Shown: positions 1-8,697 of the stretch, piece by piece | How the letters are laid out: each line of letters starts with the position of its first letter | How positions within the stretch are numbered: position 1 is the stretch's first letter | Assembly: GCA_023409435.1 (NCBI GenBank) | Contig: JAEYHP010000087.1 | Coordinates: 12,961 to 76,960, forward strand | Direction of reading: 5' to 3' | DNA length: 64,000 bases | From: Bacillota bacterium | GTDB lineage: Bacteria; Bacillota; Clostridia; Christensenellales; CAG-138 | The notes under the pieces: model-generated | What the model saw: only the letters and a program-made list of their open reading frames with translations | Database searches by the model: none | What the model was told of the DNA's origin: nothing | Made by a program: the position numbers and the translations under genes

Positions 1-427
1 GATTGGCCCGGTGAAGCTGCATAAAAGCCTGCTGCAGCCGCTCGGGCAGGGCGAGGATGCGCCTTCCCCCGGCATGAAGTATAAGCATTATGCGCCGGAG
101 GCGGAGGTCGTCGTCGTCACCGGGAAGCCGGAGCGGATTGCACGCCGCATTGCGGAGCTTTATGAAAGCTATACATTTTCGGGGAAAAGCTGTGTTATTT
201 TGGCGACAGAGCAAACCCGGCACTTTTATCACGGAAAAGAGTATGTTATAATAGGCGACAGAGAGCGCCCAAAATCGCTTTGCGAAAGCTTGTTTTCCGT
301 ATTGCGCGAACAAGGCAGAAAGGCCGACGTGCTCCTTTGCGAGGAAATCCCCGCGGAAGAAGCAGGTCTTGCGTTCATGAACCGTCTGCTGCGAGCAGCC
401 GGATTCCATACCGTACAGGCGGAATAA
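1..427 (+). CDS. L-threonylcarbamoyladenylate synthase (Sua5/YwlC/TsaC family), C-terminal part; 5' end lies outside the window
   Basis: The ORF is open to the window edge. The translation contains SPGMKYKHYAPEAEVVVV, typical of the Sua5 C-terminal domain. It is followed by ywlE-rpiB-upp, as in the Bacillus ywlC locus. Confidence 0.75.
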   Translation, partial: IGPVKLHKSLLQPLGQGEDAPSPGMKYKHYAPEAEVVVVTGKPERIARRIAELYESYTFSGKSCVILATEQTRHFYHGKEYVIIGDRERPKSLCESLFSVLREQGRKADVLLCEEIPAEEAGLAFMNRLLRAAGFHTVQAE

Positions 428-491
428 CCAATTTTTTTGGGACGCGCATACGCGCACAATTGCGGCAGCCCCGCATGAACAGGAGGATATT

Positions 492-977
492 TTGAAAACC
501 GTGCTATTCGTCTGCACTGGCAACAGTTGCCGAAGTCCCATGGCCGAAGCCATCATGGGAGAGCTGGTAGACGACCACCCACGATTGTCGGGCTCGCTTG
601 AAGCGGTGTCCGCGGGAACCATGGCGTGCGAGGGCGCCGAAATGACCCCGTACGCGCAAATGGCGCTGGAGCAGATGGGTATACGCCCGGGCCGCCACCG
701 CGCGCAGCAATTAACGCCGGAGCTTGCGGAAAAAGCGGACCTCATCCTGACGATGGAAGCGCAGCATATCGACGAAGTGGAAGCCCTGTGCCCCGAAGCG
801 CGGGACAAGGCGCACACGCTCAAGGGCTATGCCGCGGGTGTTGACGGTTTTCCGGGCGACGAAGAATACGATATACAGGATCCGTTCCGCGAGCCGCTGG
901 ATGTTTACATCGAAACGGCGGAAGAGATCCGCGAGGCCATGGAGCGCGTGCTCCGGCGGCTTGAAAAAGAAGCTTAA
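492..977 (+). CDS. Low-molecular-weight protein tyrosine/arginine phosphatase (YwlE-like)
   Basis: N-terminal P-loop VLFVCTGNSCRSPMAEA (CX5R-S). TTG start preceded by AGGAGGA. 161 aa. Confidence 0.85.
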   Translation: MKTVLFVCTGNSCRSPMAEAIMGELVDDHPRLSGSLEAVSAGTMACEGAEMTPYAQMALEQMGIRPGRHRAQQLTPELAEKADLILTMEAQHIDEVEALCPEARDKAHTLKGYAAGVDGFPGDEEYDIQDPFREPLDVYIETAEEIREAMERVLRRLEKEA

Positions 978-1035
978 GTTGGCAAAACAGAATAAGGACA
1001 TAATGTTCTTATTAAGAAATAGCAGGGAGACAAAC

Positions 1036-1482
1036 ATGAAAATTGGGTTTGGCAGCGATCATGGCGGATTTTTGCTCAAGGCAAAGCTGATCGCGCTGGC
1101 AAAGGAACTGGGTCACGAAACTGTCGATTTTGGAACGAACACGCCGGACAGCGTGGATTATCCCGATTTCTCATCTGCGGTCGCAACGGCCGTATCAAAA
1201 GGGGAACTGGACCGCGGCGTGGTGCTCTGCAACACCGGCATCGGCGCAAGCATCACCGCCAACAAAGCACAAGGCGTGCGCTGCGCGCTTTGCTCGGAAC
1301 CCCTTTCAGCCCGGCTCACCCGTGAACACAACGACGCAAACATGCTCGCGCTCGGTGCGTGCATGATCGGCGATTCCATGGCGGAGGAGATATTCCGCGT
1401 TTGGCTCACCACGCCGTTCTCTGGCGGCGAGCGCCATTGCAGGAGAGTTCAGAAAATAACAGATTTTGAGGCCCGTCAGTAA
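1036..1482 (+). CDS. rpiB: Ribose-5-phosphate isomerase B
   Basis: The internal ATG at 1036 gives MKIGFGSDHGGFLLK..., a typical RpiB/LacAB N-terminus. The ORF-track upstream extension overlaps the preceding gene. Confidence 0.9.
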   Translation: MKIGFGSDHGGFLLKAKLIALAKELGHETVDFGTNTPDSVDYPDFSSAVATAVSKGELDRGVVLCNTGIGASITANKAQGVRCALCSEPLSARLTREHNDANMLALGACMIGDSMAEEIFRVWLTTPFSGGERHCRRVQKITDFEARQ

Positions 1483-1536
1483 CCGCTGGCGGAGCCTTTT
1501 TCTTATGCTGCAATTCTAAATTTTAGGAGGAACGTT

Positions 1537-2166
1537 ATGGGTAAACTGGTCATCATCGATCATCCGCTGGTACAGCACAAGATTTCTTTGCTTCGGGACA
1601 AGCACACGGGCACCAAGGAGTTCCGCGAGCTGGTGCAGGAACTTGCCACGCTGATGGCCTATGAGGTCACGCGCGATTTGGAGCTTTGCGATACGGTGGT
1701 GGAAACGCCGGTGGCGCTTGCGCACACCAAGATACTTGCGGGCAAGAAGTTGGGCATCGTGCCGATCCTTCGCGCAGGGCTGGGCATGGTGGACGGCATG
1801 ATGAGCCTTATCCCCGCGGCCAAGGTAGGTCATATCGGGCTGTACCGCGATCCCGCGACGCTTGCGCCGGTGGACTATTACTGCAAGCTCCCGCCGGATG
1901 TGGGCGAGCGGGACATCATCATCGTGGACCCGATGCTCGCTACCGGCGGCTCGGCGGTGGAGGCTGTGCGCATCGTCAAAAAGGCGGGCTGCAAGAGCGT
2001 GCGCCTGGTGCATCTGATCGCGGCGCCCGAGGGCATCGCAGCCGTGCAGAAAGCGTATGAGGATGTTGACATCTACGTCGCCGCGGTGGACAGCCATTTG
2101 AACGATCACGGCTACATCGTGCCCGGCTTAGGCGACGCGGGAGACCGGCTGTTCGGCACGAAATAG
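1537..2166 (+). CDS. upp: Uracil phosphoribosyltransferase
   Basis: 209 aa with the PRPP-binding motif [23 protein letters not shown] upstream. Confidence 0.95.
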   Translation: MGKLVIIDHPLVQHKISLLRDKHTGTKEFRELVQELATLMAYEVTRDLELCDTVVETPVALAHTKILAGKKLGIVPILRAGLGMVDGMMSLIPAAKVGHIGLYRDPATLAPVDYYCKLPPDVGERDIIIVDPMLATGGSAVEAVRIVKKAGCKSVRLVHLIAAPEGIAAVQKAYEDVDIYVAAVDSHLNDHGYIVPGLGDAGDRLFGTK

Positions 2167-2421
2167 AGGGTTGCTTCCGTTTGCGGAATAAAACCACTTC
2201 GGTCGGTTTCGGAGATCTAGGAAGCGGTTGTGGAGCTTACCACAATCGCTTTTTTTGTGGTTAAGGCCCAGGTCTTTACCTAAAGGAGTTCCCGGTGCCT
2301 CTTGTTCGGGGTCTCGAGAAAGAAGTAATTCCTCCGCCTCCGTTTGGATGGATTGCAGGTCACCGATAACGTCGGTAATCTTATGAAACAACTTAAAATA
2401 AAGCTCTTTGTATTCTTCCAT
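2128..2421 (-). CDS. Small hypothetical protein divergent from the XRE regulator; the 3' limit is doubtful
   Basis: ATG at 2421 preceded by GGAGGGAGG. The N-terminal ~40 aa ([33 protein letters not shown]) look like a helical small protein. The C-terminal half looks like read-through and overlaps the upp 3' end by 39 nt. Confidence 0.35.
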   Translation of the reverse strand: MEEYKELYFKLFHKITDVIGDLQSIQTEAEELLLSRDPEQEAPGTPLGKDLGLNHKKSDCGKLHNRFLDLRNRPKWFYSANGSNPLFRAEQPVSRVA

Positions 2422-2442
2422 TTTTCACACCTCCCTCCGCAT

Positions 2443-2488
2443 TATGCCAGAATTTCTGCCAAATTTCAATGGCAGAAATTCTGGCATA
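2443..2488. promoter_or_regulatory. Perfect 18-bp inverted repeat operator embedded in back-to-back divergent promoters
   Basis: TATGCCAGAATTTCTGCC (2443-2460), a 10-nt spacer AAATTTCAAT, then GGCAGAAATTCTGGCATA (2471-2488). The spacer reads TTTCAA on + and TTGAAA on -, so the -35 boxes overlap. The -10-like TATATAAT (+) and CATAAT (-) flank the arms at 17-nt spacing. Confidence 0.55.
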
Positions 2489-2511
2489 TATAATCGGCTT
2501 GAGGTGATCAG

Positions 2512-2739
2512 ATGTTTCGTGACAGAATACGGAACCTAAGGGAAGATAAGGATTGGACGCAGCAGCATATGGCCGACTTGCTGTATATAAACAGAAGAAC
2601 ATATTCCGCTTATGAGAATGGCGTAAACGCCATGTCTCCTGAAATTTTAGCTCGATTGGCCCAAATCCATCATACTAGTGTCGACTATCTTTTAGGGCTT
2701 ACAGATATGAAAAAGCCTTATCCGAGAAGGCCAGAATAA
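2512..2739 (+). CDS. XRE-family helix-turn-helix transcriptional regulator
   Basis: 75 aa. IRNLREDKDWTQQHMADLL...RTYSAYENG...VDYLLGLTD is a typical HTH_3/Cro-C1 pattern. GAGGTG RBS. Confidence 0.85.
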   Translation: MFRDRIRNLREDKDWTQQHMADLLYINRRTYSAYENGVNAMSPEILARLAQIHHTSVDYLLGLTDMKKPYPRRPE

Positions 2740-2815
2740 GGCCGTTCGTTGCAATCTATATCAATGCACAAGAGCGAGAGCCGTGTACCGGTAGTTGAGG
2801 AGAAGCCGCTCCCAA

Positions 2816-3754
2816 TTACCCCGCTATGTTTGCATAGGCGGCAAGTACCGCAAACAGCCCCACGGAAAGCAGCGTATACAGCGACAAGCAGGTGGAGGCG
2901 TAGGAGGACTGCGCCGGGTCCTTCACATAAATGGGCAGCACAAAGGGCGCGGGCAGCAGGAACACCAGCAGCAGCGCGTATTTCAGGTATTCGTCCACCT
3001 CGATGAACAGATTCACAAGCGTCAGCGCAAGCAGGCACAGGGAACCCATAATCATCAGGCGGATCACGGCGGCGACGGCGGCGTCCTTTAAATTGGCGCG
3101 GGAAAGCGAAATCTCGTAGCCGATCGCAAAGAGTATCACATACCCCGTGGGCGCGCCAAGGAAGCTCAGAATGCTGTTGAGCGTCCCGCCCAGAGGCGAA
3201 GCGGCGATCACTGCCCCAAGGCCGGTTATGCCGACGAGAAAGCCGCCGAATATGCCTAAAAATGCGGGGGAGGATACCATGGCCCGCAGCGTTTCTTTTT
3301 TTCCCATGCCGTTTTGCGCGTTGAGCAGCGAAATATATACGCTGAACACAAACACCACCTGCCCGAGGTCCGCAATGGCCATGTTGGTCAGATGCTCCGC
3401 GCCAAAAAGCATGGTGTAGAGCGCATAGCCCATCATGCCCACCTCAAAGCCGGAGGTCAGAAACGGAAGCAGCGGCTGGCGGATACGCAGAAGCTTGCCT
3501 GCAAACCTGCCCAGAACCAGACCCAGGCTGCAGCAGACGAGCATGACGAGGGCAAACACGAATATCGTTGCGTCGTACTTCGCGTTGTAAAACGCGGAGA
3601 ACACCACGGCGGGCAGCGTAAAGTTGGCGACAAACCGCTTGAAGGAGGATGCCCCTTCCGGGGAGATCAGCTTCTTTTTGCGGGCAAACACGCCCAGGGC
3701 CAAAGCCAGCAGCACGGGAAGAACGGTATTGAGCACCGGGATTACGGTATCCAT
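2816..3754 (-). CDS. AEC (auxin efflux carrier) family transporter
   Basis: 312 aa polytopic membrane protein. The N-terminus MDTVIPVLNTVLPVLLALALGVFARKKKLIS is typical of AEC/malate-permease-like proteins. AGGAGG RBS. Confidence 0.8.
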   Translation of the reverse strand: MDTVIPVLNTVLPVLLALALGVFARKKKLISPEGASSFKRFVANFTLPAVVFSAFYNAKYDATIFVFALVMLVCCSLGLVLGRFAGKLLRIRQPLLPFLTSGFEVGMMGYALYTMLFGAEHLTNMAIADLGQVVFVFSVYISLLNAQNGMGKKETLRAMVSSPAFLGIFGGFLVGITGLGAVIAASPLGGTLNSILSFLGAPTGYVILFAIGYEISLSRANLKDAAVAAVIRLMIMGSLCLLALTLVNLFIEVDEYLKYALLLVFLLPAPFVLPIYVKDPAQSSYASTCLSLYTLLSVGLFAVLAAYANIAG

Positions 3755-3906
3755 TTGCGCCTCCTGAAACGAATCATGAAAATGCCGTGCAGCAGTGCTG
3801 CTGCACGACGCTGGGTCTCAACAAAGGGTTACGTTGAGGGCTCTGCCTGCGGGCTCATCTAAGAACCCATTCCAGAAAGTGCCTAAAATAGGGTGTTTCA
3901 GACGTA

Positions 3907-3960
3907 AGGGATTCCCAAGGGATGTGTCCCTTGGGTGGGGGTTCGGGGGCAAAGCCCCTG
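3907..3960 (+). repeat. Bipartite intergenic hairpin repeat, copy A
   Basis: Hairpin 1 is CCCAAGGGA-TGTG-TCCCTTGGG. Hairpin 2 is GGGGC-AAA-GCCCC. Aligned by eye it is 42/54 identical to the reverse complement of 48141-48198, with two compensatory pair changes. Confidence 0.6.
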
Positions 3961-4025
3961 AAGAAGGGTTTGTCGATGGCTTATGCTGTGCAGCAGTGCC
4001 GCACGGCAGTTTTTTATTATTGTTT

Positions 4026-5405
4026 TTACATCTCCAGCGATCCTGTCGTGCGCGGGAAGGGCAGCACGTCGCGGATGTTGGCCATGCCGGTCAAATACAT
4101 CACCAGGCGCTCAAAGCCCAGGCCGTAGCCCGCGTGGTACACCCCGCCATAGCGCCGGAGTTCCAGGTACCAGCCGTAGGGTTCCATATCCATTTTCAGC
4201 TCTTCAATGCGCGATATGAGCACGTCCAGCCGTTCCTCGCGCTGGCTGCCGCCTATGATCTCGCCCACGCCGGGCACCAACAGGTCCATGGCGGCCACGG
4301 TCCTGCCGTCGTCGTTCTGGCGCATGTAGAATGCTTTGATCTCCTTGGGGTAGTCCGTCACGAACACGGGGCGCTTATAGATCTGCTCGGTCAGGTAGCG
4401 CTCGTGCTCGGTCTGCAGGTCGCATCCCCAGCTCACGGGGTACTGGAACTCGGCGCCGCTTTCTTCTAAAAGCTTGACGGCTTCCGTATACGTCACATGC
4501 GCAAACTCGTTGTTGAGCACGTTATCGAGCCGCTCCAATAAGCCCTTGTCGATGAAATTGTTGAAGAACGCCATTTCCTCCGGGCACTTCTCCAGCACGT
4601 CTTTTAACACATACTTGACCATGGCCTCGGCGGTTTCCATGTTGCCCGCAAGGTCGCAGAACGCCATTTCCGGCTCAATCATCCAGAACTCCGCCGCGTG
4701 GCGCGCGGTGTAGGAGTTTTCCGCCCGGAACGTCGGCCCGAACGTGTAGATATCGCCAAACGCCAGCGCGTACGCTTCGCCGTAGAGCTGGCCGCTTACG
4801 GTCAGGTTCACGCTCTGGCCAAAGAAGTCCTTGGAATAGTCGATCTGTTTCTGGTCGTCGCGGGGGAGATCATCTAAATCCAGCGTGGTCACGCGGAACA
4901 TTTCGCCCGCGCCTTCGCAGTCGCTTCCGGTAAGTATGGGGGTGTGCACATATACGAACCCATGCTGCTGGAAGAACGCGTGCACCGCAGCGGCGGCGAC
5001 GGAGCGCACACGGAACACCGCCTGAAACGTGTTGGTGCGCGGGCGCAGGTGCTGCATGGTGCGAAGGTATTCCAGACTGTGGCGCTTTTTCTGCAGCGGA
5101 TATTCCGGCGGGCACTCGCCCAGTACGGTAAGCGCAGTCGCCTGTATTTCAAAGGGCTGGGGAGCGTCCGGCGTCAAAACAAGCGTGCCTTCCGCCTTGA
5201 TGGCGCAGCCGGTGGAAAGCGCGTGGCCTAAGCTCCGCTCGTCCCGCGGGAACACCACCTGCACGGGCTTAAAGCTGGAACCGTCCACCAGTTCGATAAA
5301 GCCCGCGGTCTTTCCTTCGCGTACGGTGCGCGCCCAGCCGTAAACGGTGATCGGCCCGGCGTACTTTGCGGGGTCGCTTTGTAGAAGTTTCAATTTGTGT
5401 TTCAT
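4026..5405 (-). CDS. asnS: Asparagine--tRNA ligase
   Basis: Class II aaRS with AsnRS-like blocks ([51 protein letters not shown]). Start placed at ATG 5405 (MKHKLKLL), preceded by GGAGGAA. The upstream 83 codons look non-coding. Confidence 0.92.
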   Translation of the reverse strand: MKHKLKLLQSDPAKYAGPITVYGWARTVREGKTAGFIELVDGSSFKPVQVVFPRDERSLGHALSTGCAIKAEGTLVLTPDAPQPFEIQATALTVLGECPPEYPLQKKRHSLEYLRTMQHLRPRTNTFQAVFRVRSVAAAAVHAFFQQHGFVYVHTPILTGSDCEGAGEMFRVTTLDLDDLPRDDQKQIDYSKDFFGQSVNLTVSGQLYGEAYALAFGDIYTFGPTFRAENSYTARHAAEFWMIEPEMAFCDLAGNMETAEAMVKYVLKDVLEKCPEEMAFFNNFIDKGLLERLDNVLNNEFAHVTYTEAVKLLEESGAEFQYPVSWGCDLQTEHERYLTEQIYKRPVFVTDYPKEIKAFYMRQNDDGRTVAAMDLLVPGVGEIIGGSQREERLDVLISRIEELKMDMEPYGWYLELRRYGGVYHAGYGLGFERLVMYLTGMANIRDVLPFPRTTGSLEM

Positions 5406-5666
5406 GGAATATTCCTCCATAGAACTGCTTTCATATTTTCGGAGCAAACGGCAATCTGGATACGCGCCGCTTGCGTTCCTTAACTTCCTTAGAGTATACC
5501 ACAGCATGGCCCAGGCAGACAGGGGGCAAGCGGCAAAAAGGGGAAAGAACAACCCATTTCTTTGGGGGTGTGGGGGATCGCAATCCCTCCACATTCCATC
5601 CGATTTGACGACATGTGCGTCAAATCGGCGGAAAAATGTCGCCATGAGCGGCATTTTAACCTACAG

Positions 5667-5711
5667 AAAACCCGCTGATAAAGTCCGCAGGACTTTATCA
5701 GCGGCCTTTTT
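5667..5711 (+). terminator. Orphan intrinsic-terminator-like hairpin (perfect 15-bp stem) in a divergent intergenic region
   Basis: CCGCTGATAAAGTCC-GCA-GGACTTTATCAGCGG, followed by CC TTTTT on the + strand and by G TTTT on the - strand. No upstream CDS on either strand ends here. Confidence 0.45.
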
Positions 5712-5762
5712 GGGGTCTGTCCGCGCCAATGCCCGCATAGCATGTATATGGAGGTGACGCGG

Positions 5763-6794
5763 ATGAAACCATATATGCCCATGCTGCTTTTGCGCACACG
5801 CTACGCGCATGCGGCGGTGGAGCTCAACAGCAGGATGATTGGGGAGGCTTCGCCGGAAGGGCATCTTGTGCTGCCTCTTGATAACGACAGGGATTACTAT
5901 ATTGGCGTGTATCCGCTGCGGGACGACGCATACAGCCTGTATCCCATGGTGCGCAAAATCCACTTCCAGGACGGCGCGCCGCAGCCCTTGCAGAGCGCGG
6001 ATGTGGAGCTTTACGCTTGGCCGGACAGCGTCTATGAGGCCGTGCTGTCCCCGGGGATACTGCCCGTGCAGCCGGTCACGGTGTTTCCCTACACGGTGGA
6101 CCAGATTTCGCTGCAGGATGGCTGCGTGGCGACGCTCTACTATGACAACGGGCTCAAATTCGCCGTGGAGAACGGCGTGCGCATACTCTACGGCACAACG
6201 CTACTGGAAGGGCGGACGGGGAGCGTGCGGCTGGTCGGAAACCGCCTGCTGTGCGTGGTGGCGGGGGAAGCGAACCTGCCGGGGGGCGACCTGCCGGGGG
6301 GATATGGCGGCATGCTGCTGATACTGGACCAGTCGTATCAGGAAAAGCTGCGCATCGCGGGGGATGCGGTGGGCATGCAGAAGGAGCACGCCGTCAGCTT
6401 TACGCGCCTATCTACGCTGCTCATGCATGAGCGTAAGGAAATCTACCGCTATTCCGGCGAGGAATATGCAAAAGAGGATCCCGCCATAGGCTTTTTTACG
6501 CATACGCCGCCCGCGCCCATGCCGGGCAGGCAGCTTGTGCGCGCGTTCTGCGAGGCCGTGCTGCTGGGGCTTTGGGACGAAGCGCTTTCCTACCTGGCCC
6601 CGGCGCTGCAAGAGGGGCTCACGCCGGATACCATGCGGCAGTTCTTTGGGGAGTTTACGGGCGTGCGGCTGCCGTTTTCCCGGCAGGACAAAGCGATCGG
6701 CATCACCTATCCGCCCAGGGACGGCGTGGTTCCCGTGCGGGTGTTTTCCTTCGCGTTTGACGGGGACAAAATAGACAACATTACCGAAGATTAG
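5763..6794 (+). CDS. Hypothetical protein (343 aa), no family recognised
   Basis: Long ORF with normal coding composition. ATG 5763 is preceded by GGAGGTG at 6-nt spacing. No motif was recognised by eye. Confidence 0.6.
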   Translation: MKPYMPMLLLRTRYAHAAVELNSRMIGEASPEGHLVLPLDNDRDYYIGVYPLRDDAYSLYPMVRKIHFQDGAPQPLQSADVELYAWPDSVYEAVLSPGILPVQPVTVFPYTVDQISLQDGCVATLYYDNGLKFAVENGVRILYGTTLLEGRTGSVRLVGNRLLCVVAGEANLPGGDLPGGYGGMLLILDQSYQEKLRIAGDAVGMQKEHAVSFTRLSTLLMHERKEIYRYSGEEYAKEDPAIGFFTHTPPAPMPGRQLVRAFCEAVLLGLWDEALSYLAPALQEGLTPDTMRQFFGEFTGVRLPFSRQDKAIGITYPPRDGVVPVRVFSFAFDGDKIDNITED

Positions 6795-6895
6795 AACAGC
6801 TTATTAATCTAATATCACAAACGGTTCACAGGCGTGACGATATGTTGCGCCTGATTCGTGTTATACTAAAGAAAAAGCTTCAAGGGGGGTTTTAG

Positions 6896-7597
6896 ATGTA
6901 TTTCCCTTTCTTCGGATTCGGATATGACAGCACGCTGTTGCTGATGATAGGCGTCCTGATACTCAGCATGATCGCACAGGGGGCCGTACGGCGTACATTC
7001 CAGAAATACAATAAGGTTCCGGCCAGCGCAAACAAATCCGCCTCGGACATCGCAAGGGAGCTGCTGCACCAGCAGGGCAGCATGGCACAGCTGACGTCCG
7101 TGGGCGGGGAACTTACGGACCATTTCAACCCCAAGACCAATATTGTGGGCCTGAGCGAGGCCGTATACAACGAGCGTTCCGTGGCCGCCATTGCCGTTGC
7201 TGCGCATGAGATCGGCCATGTCATACAGTATGAGCAGGACTATGTGCCCATCCGCATTCGCAACGCCATTTTGCCTGTCGCAAGCTTCAGCACGCAGGCG
7301 GCGCCTCTGATCGTAATCGCAGGGCTTTTGTTCAGCAGCTTCAACCTCGCGATATTCGGCGCGATCCTGTATGGCGCCATGCTGCTGTTCCAGTTTGTAA
7401 CGCTGCCGGTGGAGCTCAATGCCAGCCACCGCGCGATCGAAATGCTGCAAACGTGCGGGTATTTATCCGATGAGGAAGTGCCGCAGGCCAGGCGGGTGCT
7501 GCGCGCGGCCGCCTTTACGTATGTGCTGGCGGCGCTTGCGACGCTTGTGACATTCCTTCGGCTTATGATGTTCGCCAACCGTACCCGCAGGAGGTAA
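6896..7597 (+). CDS. Putative neutral zinc metallopeptidase (YugP/Zn_peptidase_2-like membrane protein)
   Basis: 233 aa with an N-terminal TM segment, the HEIGH zinc motif (AAHEIGHVIQ) and C-terminal TM segments. AAGGGGGG RBS. Confidence 0.8.
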   Translation: MYFPFFGFGYDSTLLLMIGVLILSMIAQGAVRRTFQKYNKVPASANKSASDIARELLHQQGSMAQLTSVGGELTDHFNPKTNIVGLSEAVYNERSVAAIAVAAHEIGHVIQYEQDYVPIRIRNAILPVASFSTQAAPLIVIAGLLFSSFNLAIFGAILYGAMLLFQFVTLPVELNASHRAIEMLQTCGYLSDEEVPQARRVLRAAAFTYVLAALATLVTFLRLMMFANRTRRR

Positions 7598-7613
7598 ACC
7601 GTGAAATTTTAAA

Positions 7614-7664
7614 AATATGCCGTTTCGTGCCGAAGATATCGGCCTGTGACGGCATATTTTTTTT
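7614..7664 (+). terminator. Rho-independent terminator after the Zn-peptidase gene
   Basis: Stem ATATGCCG / CGGCATAT enclosing an inner hairpin, followed by a T8 run. Confidence 0.6.
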
Positions 7665-7784
7665 GTAAACAGAAGGCGCATCGGCTATAATGGTGTTACT
7701 TAGGCAGCGAATGGTTATGGGAAGTTGCCGCCGGATATTTGCTGCCGGAGTAATAGAATCAGCCTATAAAAAGAGGTCGCCAGT

Positions 7785-8657
7785 ATGAACCAGGAAAGCG
7801 CTTATGTACTCTTTACGGATACCAGTGCGGATATGCCCTGGGGCAGCGCAAAGCAGCAGCAGATCGAACTTGCGCATCTGCACTACAAAATGGATGACAC
7901 CGCCTATACCTATGATCTTGGCCGCGAAACCGATCTTTCCGCTTTCTATTTCGCCATGCGCAACGGCGCCGAGGTAAGCACCATACCGGTATTGCCCGAA
8001 GCGTTTATTTCGCTGTGGGAGCCGCACCTCGCTGCCGGGCGGGACATCCTTATGCTGACGCTTTCCAAGCACCTGAGCCGCACGTTTGTCGCGGCCCAGC
8101 ATGCTCGTGAGGACCTCATTGCACGTTACCCTATGCGCCGTATCGTGGTGGTGGATACGCTTTGCTGTGCTGCGGCGCAGGGCATGCTGGTGTTCGAGGC
8201 CGCCTTCATGCGGCGCGAGGGCAGAAGCCTTGATGAAGTCGCCAAGTGGGTGGTGGAAAACCGCCGCTATGTCAACGCCCTGCTGCTGCCGCAGGATACC
8301 AGGTGGCTGCGCGCGGCCGGGCTGTACGAGGGCGGGGCGATCGGCGAGCTGATGGGCCGCCGCGTGATACTGCGGGTGGACGCGAACGGCCTGCTGTCCC
8401 CGGAAAGAAAAGCCCGCAGCGAAGAGGATGCGCTTAACGCGCTGGTGGAGGCAACGGAGCGGCTCGGGTACGCGCTCAACAAACAGGTGGTGGGCGTCAC
8501 GCATGCGGACGCGCCGGAGCTTGCAAAGGAATTGAGTGAACTTCTCCTGGCTGCCGGGTGCGCGGACGCAACTATACTGCCCATGGGCCCCATCTGCGGC
8601 TGCTACGCGGGCCCCGGCGCAGTGGGCGTCGCGTTTTTCGGCAGTAGCAGGCAATAA
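7785..8657 (+). CDS. DegV family (fatty-acid-binding) protein, paralog 1
   Basis: 290 aa with DegV-like layout (YVLFTDTSADMP..., ...GPGAVGVAFFG near the C-terminus). Confidence 0.85.
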   Translation: MNQESAYVLFTDTSADMPWGSAKQQQIELAHLHYKMDDTAYTYDLGRETDLSAFYFAMRNGAEVSTIPVLPEAFISLWEPHLAAGRDILMLTLSKHLSRTFVAAQHAREDLIARYPMRRIVVVDTLCCAAAQGMLVFEAAFMRREGRSLDEVAKWVVENRRYVNALLLPQDTRWLRAAGLYEGGAIGELMGRRVILRVDANGLLSPERKARSEEDALNALVEATERLGYALNKQVVGVTHADAPELAKELSELLLAAGCADATILPMGPICGCYAGPGAVGVAFFGSSRQ

Positions 8658-8697
8658 CGTCGACACTACATCCAAAAACGAAAAAGGAGTCCTGCCG

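Noticed and set aside
3795-4469. 224-aa ORF on the + strand spanning the AEC/asnS intergenic region and the asnS 3' end
   Set aside because: The first part translates the hairpin repeat element and the rest is antisense to asnS.
5406-5654. 83-codon N-terminal extension of asnS in the ORF track
   Set aside because: The extension runs through the hairpins and a promoter-like element, has odd composition, and lacks an RBS. The ATG at 5405 has a GGAGGAA SD and gives a normal-length AsnRS.
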